This document shows, in pieces, positions 53,763-64,000 of a stretch of DNA of 64,000 nt. The first letter of the stretch is position 1, and the number at the start of each line of letters is the position of its first letter. The notes beneath the pieces are model-generated. The model saw nothing but the letters and a program-made list of their open reading frames with translations. It made no database searches and was not told the DNA's origin. This DNA comes from Hypanus sabinus. Taxonomy: Eukaryota. The position numbers were made by a program, and so were the translations under genes. The DNA is taken from positions 37,076,001 to 37,140,000 of the forward strand of contig NC_082733.1 in NCBI RefSeq assembly GCF_030144855.1. Direction: 5' to 3'.

Positions 53763-54239
53763 ACACACCACAGGCCCTTCAGCAAACAATGTTTCTGATA
53801 ACTGGGGAGTCTAGTACCAGAGGGCCCAGCTGCAGATTACAAGGATGTTAGAACAGAGATGAGAAGGAATTTCTTTAGTCAAAGATGGTAAATCTGTAGA
53901 ATTAATGGCCACAGATGGCTGTGGAGGCCAAAACATTGGGTATATTTAAAGCAGAGGTTGCTAGGTTTTTGATTAGTAAAGATGTCAAAGATTATGGGAA
54001 GAAGACAGGAGAATGGGTTTGAGAGGGATAATAAATTAGTCATGATCAAATGGTGGAGCAGACACGTTGGACTGAATGACCTAATTCTTATCTTTGTGTT
54101 ATGGAACTTGTGCCGACCTTTTAACTTTCCTCTTAAGATCAATCTAAATGTTCCCTCCTGCTAAGTCCTTCGTTTCTCTTTCATCTATCCACCTTGTCTC
54201 TCAAATGTCCCTAATATATCTGTTTCACCTTTGTGACAG

Positions 54240-54430
54240 GTCGGCAGAGACGGTCACTGTTCTGTTGAGGATGCCCGCACTGCAATGCAATTGTACAAGC
54301 TAGTTGAAGTTTAGTGGGAAGAGAAGCTTCACAGCGAGTTGTGGACAGAACATGATCACGCGGTGTCTGACACAAGCTCTGAAATCAGTCACCACATGGA
54401 CGATCAGTATTGGCCTGCTGGATTACACAA
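54240..54430 (+). pseudogene. AEN: Duplicated AEN last exon with a premature stop
   Basis: Acceptor intact; VGRDGHCSVEDARTAMQLYKLVEV then TAG at 54312-54314 (CAG in AEN); homology ends at about 54430. Confidence 0.88.
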
Positions 54431-55420
54431 CTTGGTAGTGGGTACCAAGCACATCTTTCCCTCCCCCGCCTTTCCGCTTTCTGCAGGGATTGCTCCCTAC
54501 GCATCTCCCTCGTCCATTCCTTCCCCCCCCCCCCCAACATCCCTTCCCACCGATCACCCTCCTGGCACTTATCCTTGTAAACAGAACAAGTGCTACACCT
54601 GCCCTTACACTTCCTCCCTCACCACCATTCAGGGCCCCAGACAGTCCTTCCAGGTGAGGCGATACTTCACCTGTGAGTCGGCTGGTGTGGTATACTGTGT
54701 CTGGTGCTCCCGGTGTGGCCCTTTATATATTGGTGAGACCCGACGCAGACTGGGAGACCGTTTCGCCGAACACCTACGCTCGGTCTGCCAGAGAAAGCAG
54801 GATCTCCCAGTGGCCACACATTTTAATTCCATGTCCCATTCCCATTCTGATATGTCTATCCATGGCCTCCTCTACTGTCAAGATGAAGCCACACTCAGGT
54901 TGGAGGAACAACACCTTATATACCGGCTGGGTAGCCTCCAACCTGGTGGCAAAAACATTGACTTCTCTAACTTCCGTTAATGCCCCTCCTCCCCTTCTTA
55001 CCCCATCCGACATATTTAGTTTTTTCCCCTCTCCTTTTTCTTTCCCTCTTTCTGCCCATCACTCTGCCTGTTCTCCATCTCCCTCTGGTGCCTCCCTCCC
55101 CCTTTCTTTCTCCCTAGGCCGCCCATCCCATGATCCTTTCCCTTCTTCAGCTCTGTATCTATTTTGCCAATCACCTTTCTGGCTCTCAGCTTCACCCCAC
55201 CCCCTCCGGTCTTCTCCTATAATTTCACATTTTCCCTTCCCCCTCCTACTTTCAAATCCCTCACTATCTTTCCTTTCAGTTAGTCCTGACGAAAGGTCTC
55301 AGCCGGAAATGTCGACAGTGCTTCTCCTTATAGATGCTGCCTGGCCTGCTGCAATCCACCAGCGTTTTGTGTGTGTTGCTTGAATTTCCAGCATCTGCAG
55401 ATTTCCTCATGTTTGCTTTT
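54431..55420 (+). mobile_element. 5'-truncated Penelope-like element with an open GIY-YIG endonuclease domain (stop at 54980)
   Basis: CxxxxCxxC linker, VVYCVWCSRCGPLYIGETRRRLGDRFAEH, PVATHF, LEEQHLIYRLGSLQPGGKN, then the pyrimidine-rich tail. Confidence 0.9.
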
Positions 55421-57105
55421 GAAACATCCAGTAAGTAACAGTTCTGTGGGTGAAAACATCTTGTTAATGAGGGAGGTCAGACGAGAATGGCCAGACTGGT
55501 TCAAGCTGACAGGAAGGTGACAGGAACTCAAATAAATATGTATCATAACCATGGCATGCAGAAGGGCATCTCTGACTGCACACTGAACCTTGTTTGGCTA
55601 CAACAGCAGAAGACCACAATGGGTTCCACTCCTGTACCTAATAAAACAGACACTGATTGTGCATCGTGAAATTTGATTTTTTCATCAGCAGTAGAGTGAA
55701 GTGCATAAAAAATTCTAAGTTACAATAGGAAATATATGAAATAAACAAGTACAGTAGCGCAAACTGTGAGCAAGATAGTGAGGTTATGACTGGGGATTAT
55801 AGCCTTTGTTATAAATCCTGTAATTTGGAAGCTGATTTAAAATTTCAGGATGTTAACAGAAACTGAAAAGGCAGATGGTGAGAAACTATGTGCACTGGTC
55901 TGAGATCCGAGGATTAAAGGTTGTCTAACAAGTTAGACTTAAGGACATTTTTGATTTTCCAAAGAGTGAGGTTAGGCAGCACTTTTACACATGTAGTGGT
56001 AGAAATATGGAAATCTCTTCTACAAAATGCAGATGATGCTGGACCAACCATTAAATTTAAATCTGAGTTTGATAAATGTTTGTTTGATTAGTGAATTATT
56101 TAAGGACACGGTGGGAGGGGGAGTGAGCATGTCGGGATTAGGTCAACGATCAGTTGTAAGCTCAGTTTGAGGGGTATGGATAGGGTAAATGCAAGCAGGC
56201 TTTTTCCATTGAGGTTGGGTGAGACTAGAACTAGAGTTCATGGGTTAAGGATGAGAGGTGAAATTTTTAACGGGAACCTGAGATTGGTGAGACTGTGGAA
56301 TGATCTGCCAGTGGAAGTGGTGAATGTGGGTTCAATTTCAACATTTAAGAGACATTTGTGTATGTAGGTGGATGGGAGAGCAATTGTCCAGGTGCAGGTC
56401 AATAGGAATAGGCAGAAAAGTAGGTTGGCATGGATCAGATGGGCTGAAGGGCCTGTTGTTATGCCATAGGGTTCTGTGACTCAATGCATGTGGGAAAGGG
56501 TTTATGGGACGACTCATCTTCATCCTGTTCCTGAGTTAATTAAAAGATTAATTAAAATACCACAACATGCAATAGGCTGGCTGCTATTTGGAAACAGGAT
56601 AATGGAGCAACAGACATAAAATGCTGGAGGAACTCAGCCAGTCAGGCAGCATCTCTGAAAATAAATAAACATTTGTGGGAATGGGATAATAGAGTTTCCT
56701 TTGTAAGGGGTGACGTTCTTCAGAAACTCAAATGTAATGGAAGTTATACCCAAACCTTTTTTTTAACCATCTCTGGCATTTGCAAGGTAAATTAAAGCAT
56801 CACAGTGTGTGTACACGTATGGAGTCTGTCACAGGTCTTTTTGTCACACAGAGAAATTCATGCAGCTATCTTTTCCTGTCAGATGATCCAGGTTTGTGTA
56901 TCAACAACTTCTGGGGAATTGGATAGAAGAATATCCACTCGCTCTCTGCCGAAAAGTATTTTTAAGGTGGGGTGTATTCATGTGATATTGCAGTGGCAAG
57001 CCAACACAAAAAAATAAGCAAATAAGACAACATTGTAACCATGGATATTATTAGATGTGGGCGTATTCTATCTCTGTTGTTGACTTGATGATACTTTACT
57101 GAACA

Positions 57106-57172
57106 GAAAGTGAAACAAAGCTGTTGAAATTTAGTTATGCTTTGACACCAGCAGACGAGGGTTCGGTATAAA
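57106..57172 (+). promoter_or_regulatory. ISG20 copy B promoter: IRF-E/ISRE plus TATA box
   Basis: GAAAGTGAAAC at 57106-57116; TATAAA at 57167-57172. Confidence 0.7.
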
Positions 57173-57259
57173 GGTGATCGAGCAAATGAGGAAACAGGAG
57201 AGTGCAGAGGAAGTTGCTGTTGCTACATTGGACCCTTTGCAGGGAGTACAAGCTGTACA

Positions 57260-57490
57260 ATGATAGATCCTTCCAAGTATGTTGCCATGGACTGTGAGAT
57301 GGTGGGACTTGGCCGCAATGGCCGTGACAGTGGTCTGGCGCGCTGTAGCATCGTAGATTATGATGGGCAGTTAATCTATGACAAATTTATCAAACCAGAT
57401 GGGACAATTACAGATTACAGGACGCACGTGAGTGGGATTCGCCCATTGGATATGGAAACAGCTGTGCCTTATCAGATCGCCAGGGAAGAG
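57260..57490 (+). CDS. ISG20: ISG20 copy B exon 1
   Basis: MIDPSKYVAMDCEMVGLG; open frame; donor GAG|GTACAT. Confidence 0.88.
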
Positions 57491-59412
57491 GTACATTTCC
57501 CCGTTGTAATACTTCTTGTAATTATTCAGCCACATAACCATTCTTATTAATCCTTCCTTGAATATGTCTAACATTTGACTGAGAGATCTGGTGAAGGACT
57601 ACTTGATGGAAGTTTTTATGTAGCACCCATGGTGACATCATAAGATTTAGGTCACTTGGTCACTTTATGGACATACAGACTTTCTAAGCATATAAGCTAT
57701 CTTGTGTATTTATATTTATTGTGTTATGTTTTATTATCAATATTTGTTCTTTAACTTTTGTGGTTTTGTTTAAGCTGCATCGGATCCAGCAATAATTTTG
57801 TTCTCCTTACACTTGTGTTCATTAATCTAGTCTAAGGCTCAACCCTTTGAATACAGGATTCTCTTGGCAATGCTATAGAATGATCAGTGTAGGTCTTGTG
57901 CTGACGTCTCTTAAGTGGGACTTGAAGCATAGCCATATGGGCAGTCATTGTTCCCCAGTCCAAACTTAAGCTGTCAGACCAGTTGTGTTCAGCAGTCGTC
58001 AACCAATCAACTTCAGGAATGCTTTGATGGAACTGAAATGGGAGGCTGTCTATTCTTCTCACATCTCTTCCTCCCCACCCCAACCAATAACTCACCAAGA
58101 AACTTAACTGAATTAACTAGTTGCCCAAGAATCTTAGTGACAAGGCTGGTTTTTGAGGAGCGAAACCAAGAGCGTATTATCAATAGGAGAGATTCTGCAG
58201 ATGCTGGAAATCCAGAGCAAGACACACAAAATGCTGGAGGAACTCAGCAGGTCAGGCAACGTCTATGGAAAGGAGTAAAGAGTTGATGCTTTGTGCTGAA
58301 ATCCTACATCAAATCAGGAAAGGAAGATTGAAAGAGACAGAATAGGAAGGTGGGGGTGTGCGAGGGGAAGGGGTGCCAGCTGGCAGGTGATAGGTGAAGC
58401 CAGATAAGGGGGAAAATAAAAAAAAACGTTTAGTAATGTACAAGATGCTGGAGGATCTCCACAGGTTAGGCAGCATCTATGGAGAGGAATAAAGAGTAAA
58501 CGTTTCAGGCTGAGACCCATCATCAAGTATTTGTCAGATATATTATTAGCTTCCAGTGCATCAAAGCTTTCTAAAACATCAGTAAAGGTTCCCCTGTAAA
58601 ATATGAACAGATTTCTGAAATTTCAGTGATATTAGTAATGATTTTGGATAAAGTGGATTCTCTTTTCCATGGCATGTCATTGGTTCTGGGCGGACTGGGC
58701 TCATCTCTGCTGTATCTTGTTTCAGTCCAGAGTGAAGGGTGTCGATCCAAAATGCCGACTGTTTACTTCCCACCATAGATACTGCCTGACGTGATGGTTT
58801 TCCCCCGGCAGTGTGTGTGTTGCTCCAGATTCCAAAATCTGCAGTGCCGTGTGTCTCTGTAATCTGATTCCGTCCGATGTTTGTTTGATCAAACAGATCT
58901 TTATTTGGAAGTGTTATCAAAAGAAATGGATCCAAACTAAATAAGTGGAGTCTGAAATACATTTAATTACATCAAGGCTGATGTGTAAATACTCAGTGAT
59001 AGGTGTCGGAATGTACTGCCCGGTACGGCAGATACGTCAGAGACTTTCAATAGACGTTTACATGAATGTGTGAGAAATGGAAGGGTATGGACATTGTGTA
59101 TGCAGAGGGGATTATTTAGAATGGCCATTTGATTACTAATTTAATTGGATCGGCACAACACTGTGGGCCGGAAGGCCTGTCCTGCGCTATGATGTTTCTA
59201 TCTTCTTAAATGCTGGGCTGACAATCCTTTTCCTGTTATTCATACTTAACATAATTCAGAGTAATTAGCCGGTATCTGTGGCTAAGCAGTTAATATTTGT
59301 GTTTACTAACATTATGCTGGGGGCTTCCAGATAGCTTGACCGACACCCATCCTTCAGACAACACCAACAATCGATTGTTTTCTCTCTGAGCCACCTTGCT
59401 ATGTGCAAAAAA

Positions 59413-59540
59413 CGAAGGGTCTCAACCCGAAACGTCGACATTGCTTCTCCTTATAGATGCTGCCTGGCATGCTGTGTTCCACCAGCATTTTGTGTGTGTG
59501 TATTGTTTGAATTTCCAGCATCTGCAAATTTCCTTGTGTT
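59413..59540 (+). mobile_element. Short Penelope-tail insertion specific to copy B
   Basis: Flanked by TGCAAAAAA at 59404-59412 and 59541-59549; empty site near 38280. Confidence 0.75.
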
Positions 59541-59658
59541 TGCAAAAAAATCAATGGCTGCTCTGACACTTTGAAAGCAGCTTGAGATATCCTGAGGAAA
59601 AGTCGGGCAAACTCGGAGTGGAAGTTTGTTGCACTAACATTCTGCTGTTTCCATTCAG

Positions 59659-59859
59659 ATTTTGAAGATTTTGAAAGGAAAGATTATCGTGGGCCACGAT
59701 CCCAGGCCTGACTTCTACGTACTGAAAATGGACATTTCGAACTACGCCACACGGGACACCTCAACGTGCAAGTTACTGATCGCAAGAGCAAACCTGAAAA
59801 CCGACAGACGTGCCTCGTTAAAAGTTCTCTGCCAGAAACTGCTGGGGCAAAGAATACAG
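59659..59859 (+). CDS. ISG20: ISG20 copy B exon 2; exon 3 expected about 40 bp past the window end
   Basis: ILKILKGKIIVGHDPRPDF...LLGQRIQ; AG/GT intact; the window end aligns to about 49279. Confidence 0.88.
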
Positions 59860-62800
59860 GTACAGAGTTGGTTTGCAAAGTCACATGAAACTTCTTTTCC
59901 TCTGTAATGCTTCACCTTCTATTCCATCCATTCTATTCCATAGATGGCAAACAAGCAATGTGCAAACGACAACAAACTGCAAATACAAAATAATATTAAT
60001 AATAATACATAAGTAACAAATAAGGAGAACATGAGTTGTAGGCGCCTCATATGATAAGCCATTCAATCCCCGAATCATTTTTGTGAACCTCCTTTGAACC
60101 CTCTCCAATGTCAACATGCCCTCTCTTAGATAAGGGGCATTAATGATGATGAGTAGGTACATGAGTAGGAAAGATTTAGAGGAATACAAACTGAACATGA
60201 GGGAATGGGATTACCTCAAAGAGATGACTTTGTGGGCCTGGGCGAGTTGGGCCAAGGGGCTGGTTTTCATGTTGTGTCACTCTGGCTCTACAACAGTGCC
60301 GATGTATGATGGAATCCTGGCCTTTACACAGGATCTCTCAATGGCCGCACATCTGGCACAAACGGAAGAGCTACTTCATCACAGTTCCGATGACCTAGTT
60401 AATGATGACTTCAGCTACTGTCAATGTGGGGTTTGCCTGTTCTCCCTTTAACCAGCTGGGTTCCTCTAAATATTTCCTCCCACAATCCTAAGACATGAAG
60501 GTTAGACAGCCACTGTAACTTCCACCTAGTTGCTTGCAAGTTCATAACACCACAAGGTAGATGCAGATTAGGCCATTCAGCCGAGTAAGTCTGATCTGCC
60601 TTTTGATCATGGCTGATTTATTTTCCCTCTCCACCTCATTCTCCTATCTTCACCCTGTAACCTTTGATACCCTTACCAATCAAGAATGTATCAACCTCTG
60701 CTTTAAATCTACCCAATGACTTGATGTCCACAACTGCCTGTGGCAACGAATTCCGCTGATTCATTACCCTCCAGATAAGGAAATTCCTCATCATCTCTTT
60801 TCTAAAGGGATGTCCTCGTATTCTGAGGCATTTCAATCTTTGTTAGGTTTTGATGAGATCTCCCCTCATCCTTCTGCATACCAGTGAGTACAGGCCCAGA
60901 GCCATCAGTCGGTCCTTATATGGTATCGTTTTCGTTCCTGAAATCATTCTTGTGAATCTCTTCTGAACCAATGGCAGCACATCCTTTCTTAGATAAGGGG
61001 CCCAGTGACACCAATACTCCAAGTGACACCTTATAAAGCATCAACTTTACATCCTCCCTTTTATATTCTAGTCCTCTGCAAATGCATACTCACATTGCAT
61101 TTGCCTTCCCACTACCAACACAATCTCCAATTTAACCTTTAGAGAACCCTTTGCAACTCGTATTTTTGAATTAAAACAGCCTATGCTTTTATTTCTTCCT
61201 CCAAAATACATGACCATGCAATTCCTGGCACTATATTCCATCTGCCACTTGCTTGCCCATTCTCCTAATCTGTCTATGTTCCTCTGCAGACTCGCTGCTT
61301 CCTCAACGCTACCTGCCCTCCACCTGTCTTCGTATTGCATAAACAAACTCATAACGTCATGCTGCATGGACGCTGGACCTTAGTGTCTGAACCGACCATC
61401 AAGCTTTTATTCACGGGAGTTTAGAAAAACGAGAGTGGAGCTTATATAAACTATGACCAGGACTGGGTAAATTAGATGCAGGAAGGAGTTCCTAATAATA
61501 AAGTCTGGATTGGATTGTTTTTTATCATTGCATGTTCCGAGACAGTGAAAAGCTTTTGTTTTGCATACTAGCCAGGCAGATCATACCATATTTCATTATA
61601 TCAATGCAGTTATAGAGGAGGTGCAAGGGAGGTAGACAAAGTTAAGGACCAGGGAGTCACAGTGTAAGGATAAATGAGTAAGTTCAACTTTCAAAGTAAA
61701 GTTTATTATCAGAGTACATACATGTCACCATATACAACCCTGAGATTCTTTTCCCTGCAGGCATACTTGTCAAATCTATAAAACAGTAACTGTAAACAGG
61801 AGCAATGGACAACAAACTGTGCAAGTGCAGATATTTAAAAAGCAATAAATAATAAGCATGAAATAACAAGATAAAAGAGTCCTTAACTGAGTGTAGTTAT
61901 CTCCTTTTGTTCAAAGAGCCTGATAGTTGAGGGGTAGTAACCGAACTTGAAACTGCTGGTGTGAGTCCTGAGGCAGTTGTACCTTCTACCTGATGGCCAC
62001 AGCAAGAAAAGAGCCTGGCCTGGGTGGTGAGGATCTTTGGTGATTGATGTATCGTCAATAACTCTCGGAGACGTGAGGCAAGGTATAGTCTTTTATTGGC
62101 TGGAAGAAAGAACAAGCAGCAATTGACCACCGCACTACATCCTGGAGACTGAGGCTGGGGCTGTCTCTCCAATCGCCTTTATACCAGGGTCCGTGGGAGG
62201 AACCACAGGAGCAGTCAACGGGGGGGGGGGGGGGGGGGCGTGTCCAGACGGGGTATATGTAGTTCACCACAATGATGGACGCTGCTTTTCTACGGCAACA
62301 TTTCATGTCAATGTGCTCAATGATTTGGAGGGTTTTCCCGTGATGTACTGGGCCGAATCCATAAACTTTTGAAGGATTTTCCGCTCAAAGGCATTGGTGT
62401 TCCCAAACCAGGCTGTAATGCAACAGTCAATACACTTCCAATCACACGTCTGTAGAAGTTTGCCAAGGTTTTTGATGACATGCCAAACTCTCACAGGCTC
62501 CTGTAGAAGTAGAGGTGCTGTCGTGCTTTCTTCGCAATTATAATTATATGACAGGTCCAGGCCAGGTCCACTGAGATAGTGACATTCAGGAATTTAAAGT
62601 TACTGGCCCTGTCCACCTCGGATCCTTTGATGATTACTGGCTCTTGGACCGTTGTTTTCCCTCTCCTGAAGTCAGCAATTAGTTCCTTGGTCTTCTTGAC
62701 ATTGAGTGAGAGGTTGTTGTTATTACACCACTCAGCCAAATTTTCAATTTCCCTCCTGTATGCTGATTCATCACCCCCTTTGATACAGCCCACATCAGTG

Positions 62801-64000
62801 GTGACATCGACAAACTTGTGTATGGTGTTGGAACTGTACTTAGCCGCACAGTCAAAGGCATGAAGCGAGTAGAGCAGGGGTTAAGTACACATCCCTGTGG
62901 AGCTCCTGTGCTGATGGAGATTGTGGAGGAAATGTTTTTTCCAATCCAAACTGACTGGGCTCTACAAGTGAGAAATCCAAGATCCAATTGCAAAAGAGTG
63001 TATTGAGGCTCAGGTCTTGAAGTTTACTGATTAGTTTTGAGGGGATGATGGTGTTAAATGCTGAGCTGTATTCAATAAAGAATACCCTGATGAAGGGTCG
63101 CGACCCAAAACCTCAACTGTTCACTCTTTTCCATTGATGCTGCCTGTCCTGCAGAGTTCCTCCAGCATTGTGTGTGTTGCATAGAACAGAGAAATGTCTT
63201 CTCCCAGGGGAATTTATGAAATTCTCTATCTGAAAATTAGATATTATTGTAGAAATCAAAGGACATGGTGAGAAATCAACAAGGTATTAAAGTAACAAAG
63301 AATCTGCTGGAGGATCTCAGCTGTCAGCTGGTCAATCAGTGCCTGTGGTTGAGACCGTGCCTCTGGGCTGAGAGTGGAGAGGGGAGATGGGCATTATAAA
63401 GTGGAATGGAGGAGGGGTGAGGGAGTAGGTGATCGGTGGAACGAGGAGGGTGTGAAGGGTGGTGATCCCGGTGGTGGGAGGTGGAAGACTGAGGCAGGTG
63501 AGTGATAGGCAAAAGCCGACGGAAAAGATTAAAATGAAAATTGTTGATTTTGGATGATCTGTCGTAATTATATTAAATGGTTCAAAGTTCACAGCAGATA
63601 AAAGAAGCACAATGGAATCAATGATAAAATACACACAAAGGCAGACAAACAATGTGCAAAAGATGGCAAATTGCCCAAATACAAAAATAATAATAATAAT
63701 AATCAATAGGTAATAGTGAGAACATAAATTGTAGAGTCTTTGAAAGAGAGTCCATATGTTGTAGAATCTGTTCAGTGTTGAGGTGAGTGAAGTCATCCAC
63801 ACTGGTTCAGGAGCCTGATGGTTGAGGGGTAAAAGCTTTTCCTGAACCTGCTGGTGTGGGACCTGGGGCTCCTCTACCTCCTTCCCGAAGGCTGCAGTGA
63901 GAAGGGAGCATAACCTGGATGGTGAAACCTGCTCTGGGGCCAAATTGTTTGCTCCTCCCCTAACTTCTATGTTTTTACAACGTGTCTCTGATTTTTCCCA

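Larger units (their letters stand above)
53007..64000 (+). repeat. Second unit of a tandem segmental duplication
   Basis: 53007-54430 matches 23548-24749; 55421-64000 matches about 33405-49279 apart from copy-specific insertions and deletions. Confidence 0.93.

Noticed and set aside
54339-54980. 213-aa ORF as a standalone novel gene
   Set aside because: TTG start with no promoter; it is an AEN exon remnant plus Penelope sequence (reported as a fusion finding).
54673-55383. 236-aa ORF and the similar ORF at 31936-32340
   Set aside because: Alternative frames over the low-complexity Penelope tail.
1-64000. CRISPR arrays, rRNA or intact tRNA genes, prokaryotic systems
   Set aside because: None seen; this is spliced eukaryotic DNA, and tRNA-like heads (for example near 29000) are degraded SINEs.

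Overview
Repeat-rich vertebrate genomic DNA; the repeat families (CR1, Rex1/Babar, Penelope tails, Tc1 MITEs) suggest a cartilaginous fish, probably a ray, which is inference only. The window holds a + strand cluster of DEDDh 3'-5' exonuclease genes in the AEN-ISG20 order known from human 15q26. (1) An intact AEN: coding exons 18029-18742, 21027-21227 and 24558-24761, 372 aa, with a CpG promoter carrying a p53-like site. (2) A complete ISG20 copy A: 35245-35475, 38393-38593 and 49318-49464, 192 aa. (3) A second ISG20, copy B: 57260-57490 and 59659-59859, last exon expected just beyond the window. Copy B comes from a tandem duplication starting near 53007 that copies sequence from about 23548. 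The duplication also carried AEN's last exon, which now has a premature stop and is fused in frame to a Penelope GIY-YIG endonuclease. The two ISG20 copies are about 99% identical across long non-coding tracts but differ much more in exons and proximal promoter; copy B has an intact IRF/ISRE motif that is broken in copy A. Intron 2 of copy A holds a very young Gmr1-like (PR-IN-RT-RH order) LTR retrotransposon lacking reverse transcriptase, and its antisense LTR offers a strong cryptic terminal exon. All alignments and counts were done by eye.
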